DNA of 63,529 nt, the filler included, from Bigelowiella natans CCMP2755 (taxonomy: Eukaryota; Protista; Cercozoa), in the NCBI GenBank assembly GCA_000320545.1. It is 7 parts of 7 records of this genome, joined end to end, with 100 filler letters (N's around TTAATTAATTAA, not from the genome) between each part and the next. Parts side by side here need not be neighbours in the genome. Positions count along the whole stretch, not along the records: positions 1 to 17,780 come from ADNK01001572.1; positions 17,881 to 26,588 come from ADNK01002917.1; 5 more parts are not named here. One strand, written 5' to 3'. Position numbers and translations under genes: made by a program. Below the pieces are notes generated by a model that had not been told where the DNA came from, did not search any database, and saw only the letters and a list, made by a program, of their open reading frames with translations. This document shows positions 13,621 through 26,688 of this stretch, piece by piece (the stretch's first letter is position 1; every line of letters starts with the position of its first letter).

Positions 13621-14331
13621 GATGTTGAAAAAAATAAGGATGACGCATTACCTTTTGACCACGCTTGCTTTTTTCCCTTCATTTGAAAGCTGAGATACAG
13701 GCGCGTCCATGCAGCTGCGATGCATCCATCATGAGGGCTACTTTGCGAACAGACCACTGCATAGGCATAGCTTTAGCTCAAATTCAAACCATTGGAATAA
13801 ACTTATCTCTTCCGTGCCTCACGAATCAAACGACAGTCATCGATTAATATAATGCTAATTTCATAGAAATATTCGCAAAATAGTTGGAAGCCATCTGGAG
13901 TTAATCACTTTATGCTGTTTTGCTCTGTTGATGACGAAGAATCTTGCTGACATTGGAGGGAAAATTGAAAGAAGGTGAGAAGAGAAGGAACCCATGAATC
14001 GACAATTCTTATGACATTTAGAGATGTTATCATCATCTGGGATGGATAGAAGTGCTATGACAACAAACAGCTGCTCGGTAGCAAGATACTGCTATCACGG
14101 CACACACAACACAGATCACGCAGTTGTCATAAATTCTCTTCGACGCCCTTTTTCTGATTTTCAAGGCCCTCGTTATTCTCCGAAAATCCATTTGCTTTCA
14201 ACCACTCTTTTTCCTCTTCAGTTGACTCGCGACCCATGATCTTATTCAATCTTTAACAACAACAATAACACAGGAAATCACTTCATCACTGAAATGCAAT
14301 CGAAATGATGATTCAGGTAGCAGCTGCTGGC

Positions 14332-14931
14332 TCACCGGGGATCCCTTGAAAACTTTGCAATCAAATCAATTTTGTCACTGGTTTCACCCTTTAACTTTGC
14401 AGCGATTTCCTGGACGTCGTCGTTTATGTAAGATTCAATTCAGAATGCCATTAAAAATACAAATCAAGTGCAGCACTGGAACTACCCATCACCATCAGTT
14501 ATTCATAACCCACTTTTAGCAATGGAGCCTCTTCTTCAGCAGAAATCAATTTATCAATTCCAGCCGTCCCAGAGGCACTTATCTCTTTATCCTGCATAAG
14601 AAGAAATATCTTCAAAACTCAAAATGAAACAGTGGAATAATACATGGTGACAACACAAAACGTCCTAGGAAAACCTACCTCTGTGGAGGCCATTGCAGCG
14701 AAGAGATACAATGCCTTAAAGCCACTCAGCTGATCAAAAACCCATAAATCATCATCGCTGTGAGTAATAATTTGATACTACTATTACTTATCACAAAGCA
14801 AGTATCTTTGGACAACTCACTTCTTCTGCCTTTGGAACAAGTTTCTTTACAGCCTCTTCAATCAAACTCAAATGCTCCTTTGCTTCTGCAGTTTTACCCT
14901 GATATCATGAATATCTATTATTAATGACATA

Positions 14932-14966
<35 letters not shown>

Positions 14967-14994
14967 TAATATATATCATATATATTTACTTATA

Positions 14995-15030
<36 letters not shown>

Positions 15031-15450
15031 CACCCAAAAAAGATTATCAAATAAAGTTAATAATATAATTCTGATTAAACGATTATGACCCCTGTGATGA
15101 TCTTGTATAAGGGCCCGGAAATTATGATAAATGCCAATGCTCCGTCAAGGCCTTCAACACCTGCTCAAATATATTTACAGTAATCAATATTTGTAACATG
15201 ATATATACATATTATATCAATATATATATATATATATATATATATATCTGCTTTATGTCCGAACGCTGCCTTGAATTGACATCAAGAAAAAGGTTATTAT
15301 CCTGCCGCAATACTTTAGGAACAACCTTCGCATATCTTCCAAACCTGTTATTCATATAAAGCTACAATGTAAAGCACAACATATTCAGAGAGAAAGTAGT
15401 GCTTGTGCCTACCTCATCCAAAAGCTGAACACTTTCTCCAAATAACCTGT

Positions 15451-15483
<33 letters not shown>

Positions 15484-15899
15484 TGATTATTACCATTACA
15501 CCAACAAGAATAAATACACATATTTGATCTATGTAAAGCAGTCAGGAGGACCTAACCAACCCCTTAGCATAAAATCCAACAAATAAAGCCTTCTTTTAGA
15601 TGATAACTATTCATTATCATATTGTTTGTTAATTTACCCCTTTGCCTGTTTGATAAGTTTCTCTTCTAGATTCTCTCCTCTGTATAACTTTTCAATCTGA
15701 AAGTCATCACCCATCATTAAAACCAGAAATTGATGGTGATGAAAGCTACTACATTGATTAATATGATACAAATAATGCCATGTGTCGTTCTCATAAAATA
15801 AGATTCAGATGAAATCGATGTTGCTTGGCCTTCTTTCATACAAGCAAATTATGCAGAAACACACACAATTGTACATATATATTAGTATAGAATATACTC

Positions 15900-15940
<41 letters not shown>

Positions 15941-16460
15941 GTTAGGCAGCAAGCACTTACATTTGGATGATCTTCTGGATTACGGAACCAGAAATTTTGC
16001 ACCTATTAGGAAGGAGATTAACTATATCAAGTTGTTGTTGCTGCTGCTGTCCATTGATTGCAAAGGATGGTGACTCCTTTGCTGTGACGTCTCTATTTAC
16101 CTTCTCAATACATGTCCCAATGTTTTTGGGGATGTAGTCCTCTGGTTTGAATGGTCCTACTTCATCGTCTAGATGGTGATGATCATGATTATATGCAAGT
16201 ATATCAAAATATATAACAACACCACAATTGCCGTTTCCGTAATTCACATAATTACTTCAGTGCTGGTGGACAAGCAACAGAGTTATGATAACTAATACAA
16301 CAACATCTTACTGTACATGAATTGGAGATCACTTTTACTATATCAAGTTGGAATAAAGTAATAACAACGCCTTCCTTCCAACCTACCTACCTTTGGCGGA
16401 TATGAAGAACCCTGTTTGGTTTAAGAACTTGTTTCCTCTAAATTGACCTTTATATATTTA

Positions 16461-16515
<55 letters not shown>

Positions 16516-17610
16516 AGTTGGGGTATAAAATGCAACAATAATAATTGAAATAATGTATGTTGTGGTTGTGCATAGTTAACCCTGGAATCGATTTCCGTCA
16601 GTATCTGTAAAACAATCATAAAGAAAAGGGAAGAGGATAAAAGGCTTAAATCATACATCGTCCAAGCGATTATGTACCAAAATTAAACAACTGCTCTGTT
16701 TTAATATATTTTTTAAACCGATAAATTCTCCAACTCCATGCATACGACCTGCCTTCCATTCACCTGTTGTTTATCCGTGTATTTCATTTATCTTCTTATT
16801 GAGTTATCATCATCATTTGAGTGATAATAAAATGTGATTTCCTGAGCAGCTATTATTACCTTCATACCGTGCTCCTGTATTCCATTTACATGTGCCTTTA
16901 CCCTCAAATTTTCCACCCACGAATGCCCCTTCATATGTATCACCTGCCACAAATAATATAGATGATGTCGTTATATGCACAGGACATTATTATTCTACGG
17001 GAAAATCTTTCGAGGACAAGAAGGTAGCAGCACCTGACGGAAGCTTGAGAGTGCCTTGTCCGTCTTTGAGATCATTTTTCCATTCTCCATCATATACAAG
17101 ACCCGAGGTCGTCTGGTAAAAAATAAATGTAAATTCAATTAGCTAGATCATACTCGGATTATGAACTTAAAATTTGGAGAATCGTTTGTCCATTGCTGTT
17201 TGCGGTACTAACCCTTAGCGTGCCCTTTCCGTGTTTTTTGATGTCCTTTCATGGAGTAGTTTGTAAAACATAAGATTTATCCATCACGAAATATTGGCGT
17301 CTAAACGATCTGAAACCTTGCCGTTTGTTCTTCGCCACTCGCCGTTGTACCAAGCGTTGGTTTCTGTGAGAAGAAATTCATACCGAGAATCAACAAATAC
17401 TGCTTATTTCGGAACATTGTTTTCACCAACAAATTTTTACCACCGAAGAAGAAATAACTCGAACCAGTCTGTTCCGTCGGTGTCTGTTTAAGCAATCGAA
17501 GTTTTAATCAATTCGGAAGAAAAGAGGATACTATGCCTCTTGACAGAAAAAACTGCATTTTTGCGACGATCTACCGCTTCTTCCACCGTTTCTTCTTCCT
17601 TCTTTGGCAT
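14332..17610 (-). CDS. MORN-repeat protein with an uncharacterised C-terminal region, multi-exon
   Basis: Spliced exons give WYNGEW..., KHGKGTL, VYDGEWKNDLKDGQGTLKLPSGDTYEGAFVGGKFEGKG, GEWKAGRMHGVGEF, GNRFQGQF. Further AG/GT-bounded exons run to about 14332. The 3' end, and whether this is one gene or two, is uncertain. Confidence 0.75.
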
Positions 17611-17780
17611 TTGAATCCCTGCTTGCATTAATAATGAAAAGAAAGCACAGTTAGACATGACCTGTGCCGCCACCATCATCATCATCATCATCATCATCAT
17701 CTGTGTGCGAACATGCATGCAGAGAGGACCTCTTCTTGCAGGACTTCGTGCTGTGCGTTACAGAACCGATTTGATACTCG

Positions 17781-17880
17781 NNNNNNNNNNNNNNNNNNNN
17801 NNNNNNNNNNNNNNNNNNNNNNNNTTAATTAATTAANNNNNNNNNNNNNNNNNNNNNNNNNNNNNNNNNNNNNNNNNNNN
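17781..17880. other. Artificial assembly spacer
   Basis: 44 N + TTAATTAATTAA (stops in six frames) + 44 N. Confidence 0.97.
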
Positions 17881-17916
17881 TTTTTTTTTTTTTTCCCCCC
17901 CCCCCCCCCCCCCCCC

Positions 17917-17951
<35 letters not shown>

Positions 17952-17977
17952 TTGTGTGGCCGAATGAATAGAATCAC

Positions 17978-18547
17978 CTTTTCAGTGACATCCTCCAAGA
18001 ACTTCATCAGCTGCTGCGCGTACCCCAACCTCCGGTAGCACTGAGCAGATAAGCATGCGTTTAGCATCGTTGTGGTAATGCAGGCACCAATTCTCCAGCG
18101 AGAAGCACCGCACGGCTTGCTTTCTCAATTAAAAAATAGAAAAAGGAACATTGCGTTGCATTCCAAGCGACTCGTCGCACAGATATATGCGACAAAGACT
18201 TGTGTGTCAGGATCTTGTTGGCACGACGCGCACACGTAGGTCTTTCAACCAGCGCGCGCCGCTTCCTATAAAGAAACTTTCTATCTCAGCAGTGCTTGGG
18301 CAGCCTACTTCTCTGGGGAGGAGAGCAGGCCGTGGCAGATAGCGACTGCTAGCTCAAAAATTTCTTAAAAGAAGAAGTAAAAACTTGTGTGTCAGGATCT
18401 TGTTGGCACGACGCGCACACGTAGGTCTTTCAACCGGCGCGCGCCGCTTCCTATAAAGAAACTTTCTCTCTCAGCAGTGCTTGGGCAGCCTACTTCTCTG
18501 GGGAGGAGAGCAGGCCGTGGCAGATAGCGACTGCTAGTTTGTTCTTG

Positions 18548-18581
<34 letters not shown>

Positions 18582-19610
18582 TCATCATCGCTTTCTTTAT
18601 CTCTGTCTGTTCTGTGCATACCGGCGACACCGTCACTGCTGTTACGTGCCCGTGCCAATTCTCTTTCTTGCCCTCAACCTTTCCCATGACTGAAAAGAGA
18701 ATTCTACCGTTCAGGAGGGATGGAGGAGAAGAAGAGGGTGAGGGGGGAGAGGAGGGAGGAGAGAGTGCACATCATCATCAACATGATCATTCTTAGCTGA
18801 AAATACCGTAGCCTGTAACACGTGCAGATCCTGGAGCTCTGGTAGCCATGCAATACTCCGGCCACTTGGCCAGATATTGCATATAAAACGGCATCATATA
18901 CTAGAGGGGGGGGAGGAGAAGGAGGAGGAGGAGAAGGAGGAGAAGGAGAAGGGTATTGCAGCAGATAGAATTCAGATTGAGCTCCTCTCTCATGAAGCGC
19001 TATTCACATGAAAAAATGTTTGGTACTGTAGAGACAAGGTCAGATAGATTAGGAAATTGAAACTTAAGCGAAAATTAAGGAAAAATAGATGAAGTTGTCA
19101 GGATCTTGTTGGCACGACGCGCACACGTAGGTCTTTCAACCAGCGCGCGCCGCTTCCTATAAAGAAACTTTCTATCTCAGCAGTGCTTGGGCAGCCTACT
19201 TCTCTGGGGAGGAGAGCAGGCCGTGGCAGATAGCGACTGCTAGCTCAAAAATTTCTTAAAAGAAGAAATAAAAACTTGTGTGTCAGGATCTTGTTGGCAC
19301 GACGCGCACACGTAGGTCTTTCAACCAGCGCGCGCCGCTTCCTATAAAGAAACTTTCTATCTCAGCAGTGCTTGGGCAGCCTACTTCTCTGGGAAGGAGA
19401 GCAGGCCGTGGCAGATAGCGACTGCTATTATGCATAGAACTCGCCCTGTTTGAAATCACCCCTCTCCTTTTTCCTTCTCCAAAATCCCAATGCTACAAAC
19501 TCTCCCTCTCTCTCTAACGTCCTATTTGGCACCGTTTCTGTGAGAGGGTCGAGGTTGACATCGTTGAACTTGAAGAGGTCTGTGAGCTTGAAGGGGCGGA
19601 CGGTGGTCAT
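17978..19610 (-). CDS. NAA20: N-alpha-acetyltransferase 20 (NatB catalytic subunit), exons 1-4, truncated by gap
   Basis: MTTVRPFKLTDLFKFNDVNLDPLTET | YMMPFYMQYLAKWPEY | MGKVEGKKENWHGHVTAVTVSP | YRRLGYAQQLMKFLEDVTEK. Confidence 0.95.
18202..18351 (-). ncRNA. Intronic box H/ACA snoRNA, snR34/SNORA65-like, copy 1
   Basis: Hairpin - H box (AUAGAA) - hairpin - ACA on the host-gene strand, with G-U pairs working on the minus strand. Pockets CUGCCAC/GCC and AUAGGAA/GCCAAC complement conserved LSU rRNA GGC-UU-GUGGCAG and GUCGGC-UC-UUCCUAU. Confidence 0.85.
18387..18536 (-). ncRNA. Intronic box H/ACA snoRNA, snR34/SNORA65-like, copy 2
   Basis: Two substitutions relative to copy 1. The H box becomes AGAGAA, which is still ANANNA. 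Confidence 0.85.
19093..19242 (-). ncRNA. Intronic box H/ACA snoRNA, snR34/SNORA65-like, copy 3
   Basis: Matches copy 1 up to the ACA box and diverges immediately after it. Confidence 0.85.
19278..19427 (-). ncRNA. Intronic box H/ACA snoRNA, snR34/SNORA65-like, copy 4
   Basis: One substitution, at the apex of hairpin 1. Homology ends at the first stem base. Confidence 0.85.
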
Positions 19611-19942
19611 CTTTGGCTCCGCTTTGCGCAGCGTGAAGTGAATGCGATTTATGTCCTACGACAAGTAGTAAATTGTGTGAAACACATGCGATTTACATCC
19701 TACGACAATCCACGAACCCCGGCGAAAGGCAGAGAGAGGCCCAATTTTTCCACGTTGTCGTCGTCGCCTCTCGAAAAAGAGGAGCAAACGCCGCTGCTGG
19801 TCTTCGATCTGATTTAGAGCGGTTTCACACGGTACGACTTGCAGCGGCGCAAAAACAACCAAAATGATGCCGGTAGTCATTCCGAACCATTTTTTCCCAA
19901 ACGATCACCTCCGAGCCTCCGAGGTCTGATCGGAAGTGCCGG

Positions 19943-20997
19943 ATGGAGAAGACTCTGAAGGAGATCCTTGCCCATCCCGGGAAGAGGCCTATTTCTACAC
20001 GCAAGATACCTGGAGGCTTCATCGTGTACCTCCAAATCATTGACCAGTTTTCCGAGGGTTTGAGCCGATTAGCTAAGAAGCACAAAGTCAACAAAAACAT
20101 CTGCTATGTTTCGTTGGCCTCCAGCTTGCTCATGAGCAGGTGCAAGTGCCCAAGATCAGCATGGGATCTGTCAGAAGTGATCCAAAAGCTTCGGAACGCA
20201 GAGATAATGGAATCGGAGGTTGATAAACTGATAGTTGCCATCGGCAAATTGAGGAATAACTACATTAAACACCATCGGGACGAATTCAAGACGGAGAAAG
20301 ACGTGAGGTGTGACTTTGAGATTAGTTTTCATATTTATAAAGAAATGAAAGTTAATGTACACATTGATTTGTTGCTTTTCACACTGAAGTATTTATCAAC
20401 CCATTCGTTGGAATACATTGCGTGTTTGTATTGCGCTGTCTGTTTGTCATTATCCAAAAGCAATCATCGTGGCACCTTCGTGGGCGTCTGGGAAATCAGT
20501 GAAATCCTTAGAAGAGATACGATCCCGCAGAAAGAATCCAAGAAGAAAGGAAACCGCAGCGACCTCCCGAATAGCACAAAATCTGAGAGCAAGAAAGCAG
20601 TTAGGCCCATTAACAAAGAATTAGACAGTTAAAGCCTCACGGATATTGGACGGAAAAGGATTTTCAGGATGTAAGATCCTGTGAGAAGATTTGCATCATC
20701 GAGGAGAAATCTGTAGCATCCGACGGCAAATTCTTCATGGAGGGCCCGGGTGGAAAACTACTCAGCCTGGAGAAGGCTTGCGCGGATTTACGAAATTCTC
20801 AAACGCAACATTTGCAGCCAATCGTAGCTGATGCGTTGGGACACTTTGCATCTATGATAGCATTGAAAATTGAAGGTTTGAATCTTGTGCTTGTGATGGA
20901 CTCATTGGAGGGTGAATTTCTAGAGATGGGCATGAGCATCGCCCAGGCATTCCATTCGCACTATTTCCTCGCAGCAGATGTTCCGAATAATTTGTGA
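19943..20997 (+). CDS. Uncharacterised protein, probably multi-exon
   Basis: Non-repetitive ORFs 19943-20632 and 20737-20997, head-to-head with NAA20. No family recognised with confidence. Confidence 0.45.
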
Positions 20998-21710
20998 GAT
21001 GCGTGAGAACATGAACCCATTCTTGCGTCATCACGAGATGTGTGAGATGTTTTGGAGGTGACATGAAAAATGGTTGTGCAATTACTACCGTCACACATCT
21101 CTAGATCTGTGCATCTAGACTGAGTATGATCGAACAAATTTGCAATGCACAGAAGCCACGATCGCGCGGTCGCTGAGTGCGTGCATCGTTATATCGTATA
21201 GTTGTAATGCAGCTAGTTGTAGATGTGTGACATTTTCAGCTGAACAGATGTGCACACTGCAATGCATTCTAGCATTGCTAGATTGTGCACGCGCATGCAC
21301 GTCTGGTATATGTATACACATGGTATTCCCATGATGTCAACATGTGTGTTATTTGTCAGCCATTGTGTATATGTGTTAGCAGTGCACATCTTTACTGACA
21401 TTTCAACATGTAGTGAGTTGATCGATACACAGCAACCATAATCACATGCACGTACCGTACCCGTCCACAGCTCTTATGACCAGACACGTTGTTCATGTTA
21501 TTGTGTGTGATTATGATGAGGCACCAACACGCACATACGTTGCGACCCTATCTAGCCTACTATGTGCGAACGATTGGATGTGGCGAAGGCGTGGCAATCA
21601 CTGGACGTTAACGCCATGCCACACATGCATGCAGTGATCCATCATTCTCACATGTGATGGACGTGCAAATAAGCAGTAACGAATGTTGGTCAATCGACAA
21701 GCTTCATCGA

Positions 21711-21927
21711 TCATCTGATGTATTTCGAGCGAAGAGAGAGGATGCCGACAATTTTGTCGTACTCAATATTAAGGTTGCCAGGTGACTCGGCAGCCTCTTC
21801 AATCCCAGCGATCCCCATAGCAACGCCCAACTCATCTACATCAATCGAGTGGAACTTTGACGGTAGGCAGGCAAACAAGCAGCACGCATACCTGGTAGTG
21901 GGAAGAAGATAAGTGCAATAGTATAAA

Positions 21928-21964
<37 letters not shown>

Positions 21965-23517
21965 CCTACTAGTCTTTTGCGAACGTGATGTACTGGAATA
22001 AATAATAGTAAGTTGCCAGCAACAGCAATGGCCTTTTCTGTGCCATATCGCAGACTCGTAATTAATTCAATGACTGAAATTCTTGTCGTATCCTACCAGC
22101 AGCACGGCTCCATACATTCGAGAATACATGGTGTATTCTGACTGCCTTTAATCATGGCGGGCCTGATGATGCGGCAATTCCGTATCCCGGCGGCCTTCAC
22201 AGCCTCTTCGGATTCTCCCTTTACCCTGAGGTATCGTGATCCTCCTGGGATCAATAACATTTATGTGAAATTCAATTCAAAACATACGCGCATACGTGAT
22301 CTCCTACCTGCGGTGCCGCTGCCATTCTCGTTGGCATTTGGATCTGCACTCACAGATGATAGAAACACCTGAGCACAAGAAGATGGGGAAGGAGGAGGAG
22401 GAGGGAGATTAATAAGCTTGTCAGAGGGGCGATCGATCCATCTGAATAACCCATGATATGCAATTACCATTGATGTCACAAGCTTGGAGTCGCTACATCC
22501 CAACGCGAATGCACGATTCGTTTCCACGTCCACGGCACGGTGCTGTTCCTTCGTAATCGAACCGGTCTTGGTGCCAATGCCGAGGGAAGAGAATGCATGG
22601 GTCGCACTAAAAGGTTGATGGTTTTGTATGCCCGAGTTCGTCTGCTTCAGGGGAGCTCAGATGCGTGCGGGCACACGCGCGCGTGCATGGATGTCTATCT
22701 GTTTGTCTGTCTGTGTGTATGTTTGCGATAATCTCTAGATTAAGTTGAAATTGTGTAATTTTGTGCTAAATACCCATGATCTTTGCATACTTTGGCAGTT
22801 ACTTGGCGGATCTTCTTTAAGTCCTGGAAATCTTCCCGCGAAAGCACAACCTGTTCGTACAACACAGTTACGCATCCTTCTCGATCGGAGGACACATAGC
22901 CGTCCAGGTGTACCTGTGTAGCTTTGATGGAAAGACTTTCCATCCAATCAAGCTTCCGTGAACGGTTGATACTGATGATGTGGCCGTAAGGCTTGAGGTT
23001 TGCCAGCGCCCGGCAGACGGCCTGGCCAACGCTTCCTGAACGATGTTCACCACTGCCTCAAAAGAACTCTCACATGAGCCACGTTGGGGCTCAAAGTAAC
23101 TAATGTCGAATTTGGTCGCAGCGATCAAAAGCTGGATATGACCACACGTACAACGCCTGCCGAACCTGAGGCCCCGAACACGACAGCAGTGATCTTCCCG
23201 TCGCCGGTAGCCATCTCGATCGAGCTGCGCCTACGATACGAGTACCAGCACTTCAGATGTATTATTGTTCAAAATCAACTTGTCGCAACTGAAAATTCTC
23301 CTTTAAATGCGCATCTGTCACCTGGTCGATTGTTCCCGCGGTTCCAATGGATTCTTGTATCGTGTTGTCGCAATGGCAGAATTAGGGCCATTTTTACAGA
23401 TAAACCAACTTTCGCGGGCAAAATTCAACAATTGATAATGTCTTCCCGCGCTTTGGAGAGCAGGCAACATGGTTGGCCCCCTACCTCCCCTTTCGCAACA
23501 ACTTGAAAGATGTCCAT
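21711..23517 (-). CDS. TIP30/HTATIP2-like NAD(P)-binding oxidoreductase, multi-exon
   Basis: ITAVVFGASG|SVGQAVCRAL..HIISINRSRKL, AFSSLG...AVDVETNRAFA, FLSSVSAD, YLRVKGESEEAV...RIIRPAMI, FHSIDVDELGVAM. Confidence 0.8.
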
Positions 23518-23793
23518 AATAGCAATAAATGGATTGCCGTTTAGTGCGTTGGATAGATTGTGCCCTCGTATTCGGCTGAATTTTTTTCCTCTGTCAATTT
23601 TAAGGGTGTGGAAACATCGCATCAAGGATTCTCCAAAGGCAATTTAAGAGGCCTCGAGGTGGATGATACATGATACATGACTGTGAGAGCAAGACGTGAA
23701 TTTAACATGAAATAAGTATCTCGCGCGCCTCTAATGTTAGGATGCTCATAATATCCTCTTTTTCTCTGCATTTGTATATTTCTTCATCGACAG

Positions 23794-26588
23794 TTGGAAG
23801 AGCAGATTTACACGCGCGAACTCGACGACAATTCGTAAAGCGGATGACCGCTACGACAAAAACCTATTCGTTCTACAAACCGGACCTTGGCTCCACTGTC
23901 CCTCCATTTATGGTTCCTGAAAACTCTAAATTGTTTGTCTAACCGCCCCTTCCCTCATCGCAGTGATCCAGACGCAAAAACATCAAAATACACCACCATC
24001 AAAACTTCGCTTCTAGCTTTTGTGATCGATGATGAAATTAATGAGCCGACGATCTATTGTATGTAAAATGCAGATATTGTATGATTCACTTTTACTCGCA
24101 CATTTTCTGTATCTATGTACGCGTGCGTACGTGCGTGTACGTTTCGTACATATAAGTTTCCGCGTACTTGTCGATAGGTTCGGTTCAGTACACACCTCAA
24201 GGGCGGCTCTGTGCTCGGCGTTATAGACGAAGAGGGCTTTATCACTCTACTCAATACCAGCCATGGAAGCGGTTGTTCGGCATTTTCCCCGATTGCGATA
24301 ACCCATCTCCTGCAAGAACATCTCTTCTGCACTTCCTCTCGTCAAAATCCGTCGCCATTTTTCCTTTTCTTCGGTTTTCTCATAGTCAGCCCTTCCCGTC
24401 TCACTCTACCCACCATTAAATCATCGTCAGATAAAGGAGGCATCCTTGTGAGTTGGGAGGCGCATAAGAACTCGATTTTCGACATGAAATGGTTCGATAG
24501 GGACTGTAAAATCGCCACGGCCTCCGGAGACCAGAGCGTGCGGTTGTGGGATGTAGAGAGGGAGAAGTGCTTTGCCCAATTCAATGGCCATACAGGAAGC
24601 GTCAAGGCAGTCGACTGCAAGTCCAACTCACGTAATAATAAGAACAAAAATTCATGAGGCAGTTTCGACGATGTTACTAGCGATGCTGATGATGATGATG
24701 CTGGGGAATGCAACATTATTAGTAAAGAAAGGGAAGATTTTTCAATTTTCAACCTCACGCCAATCAAATAGAGCGTATTGTACCCCCCTCCTTCATTCCT
24801 CACACACATACACAAGCACAAGTCTCTGTTTTATAATATTATATCGGTGGTTATTCTGATTCCCTCCCTACCCCTCCTCTCGCACATATGCTCTCAGGCG
24901 TCTTTGCAACGTGCTCGCGGGATGGAAATGTGCTTCTTTGGGACATCCGCCAGCATCTGTCCTCGTCATCTTCCTCATCGTCGTCATCATACCCAACCAC
25001 CCATCAAATCACCCCCTTCATGGTGATGATGAACGTGCATAGCATCAGTCGCCACTACTCGGCCTCCTCGAAGCACAGTGTGACAAGTCTAGCCTTTCTC
25101 AAGGCGGAGAACATCCTAGCCACTGGGGGAGCAGCCGACGGGTACTACTTCTTCCATGCTGTTAGGATGCGTGTAAATAGACACTGCAGCGCCGACAAAA
25201 CAACGAGTTATGACCGCGCCTTCCCCAAAAATCATCGTAGCAACCATCGGCATTCTTGTTTTTCTGATGTCACGCTAGCTGCTCATTCAATTGGGCCGAT
25301 CGCTGCCAATATTGGACGTAGAAATTATCATAATCGTTGCATTTTTTTGTTGTTGCTGTTACTACTGTTACCATTGCTTATTTCTTCTTTGTTTTGCCCT
25401 CCCTGCTGCCTCAATACTACCACCGCCGCCACCACCACATCCTCAGGAAAGTCAAATTGTGGGATCTCCGATTTCTGAACAAGCGCAGCCCAAAGGCCCT
25501 TCTAGTTCTCGAGCCTGGCGATGACGGGGAGAAGGGGGGGGAAATATGGAGAAATAAGAATGGCACCAAGAGAAATAGCGGTATCTCCTCTCTCAGTACA
25601 GATTCGACTGGAACGAGACTCCTCGTCGGCTCTATAGACCACACGTAAGTAGTGTAAAACTGGCGCTGCTGTATATCACCCCATGGCGAGCTGCTGCAGC
25701 AGCGATGGAAGGAGGAGGAGGAGGGGGAGGGGGAGGGGAGCAGAGACTGTATATCTGAAATTGGTTTACATGGCTTTGATCTGCAACCCCGTGCATGAGG
25801 ATCCTCCTCCTCCTCCCCCTGCTCCTGCTCCTGCTCCTGCACTTCCCCCAATTATTTTTGACCTGCTATTGCTTCTCCTGGGAGTGAGTGTCTCTGTTGA
25901 TGGTGATGGTTTATTGTTCCCTAACCCTAAGCATCCTCCCCCCCCCCCTCTCCCTCTCTCAATTTAGATTAAGTGTCTACGACATGGTGCGCGCTGGAAG
26001 ACAGCCTCCTCTCAAGTACCAGGGACACGTAAACTCCTCCTTCTACGTCAAGGCCACGTTCAGTCCCAACGACGAGTACATCCTTAGCGGCTCTAGCGAC
26101 AACAACGTCTACATCTGGGAGGTAGCAGCAACAGCAGCAGCAGCAGTAGTAGTAGTAGCAGCAGTGTATGCTACGATATGAGTTTCTTGTGGGCGTGTTG
26201 TGATCCTGTTCCCCTCCTCCTCCTCCTCCTCCTCCTCCTCCTCCTCCTCTTTGTTTCTTATTGTTCTCTCTGCTCGTCTACGTCTTGATTGCGCGTGATA
26301 TGCTTTCATTTCATCCACACACGCGCACAGACTCGCTGTCCTTCCAGGGCACCGATCGTGCTCGGGGGGCCGAGCGGCGGGCACCTGGGCGAGGTGAGCG
26401 CTGTGGACTGGTGCAAGCGGGACTTCGGCACTATCGCCTCCTGCTCCGACGACGCGACGGTGTGCATCTGGGAGATCGACACGATCAACTCCAGGAACTC
26501 CTTCGAGGTTGCGGAGCTGGATCAAATGGTCAGGCGCCGGCTCTTCCAGCGGGGAGGAGGCGGAGGAGAAGGGGGGGGGGGCAGCGCA
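23794..26588 (+). CDS. DTL: Denticleless/CDT2 WD40 CRL4 substrate receptor, multi-exon; start uncertain, truncated by gap
   Basis: VPPF, DEEGFITLLNT, WEAHKNSIFDMKW, IATASGDQSVRLWD, GHTGSVK, FATCSRDGNVLLWDIR, LATGGAADGKVKLWDLR, SFYVKATFSPNDEYILSGSSD, GHLGEVSAVDWC. Confidence 0.92.
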
Positions 26589-26688
26589 NNNNNNNNNNNN
26601 NNNNNNNNNNNNNNNNNNNNNNNNNNNNNNNNTTAATTAATTAANNNNNNNNNNNNNNNNNNNNNNNNNNNNNNNNNNNNNNNNNNNN
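26589..26688. other. Artificial assembly spacer
   Basis: N-run with TTAATTAATTAA. Confidence 0.97.

Noticed and set aside
17781-17880. TTAATTAATTAA palindrome recurring six times
   Set aside because: Always centred in exactly 100 nt of N padding, so it is an artificial contig linker.
18202-19427. Four repeats as a CRISPR array, ribozyme or SINE
   Set aside because: The units are 150 nt with a near-identical rather than unique spacer. There are no cas genes, no hammerhead CUGANGA core, no poly-A tail and no TSD. H/ACA architecture and rRNA complementarity explain them.
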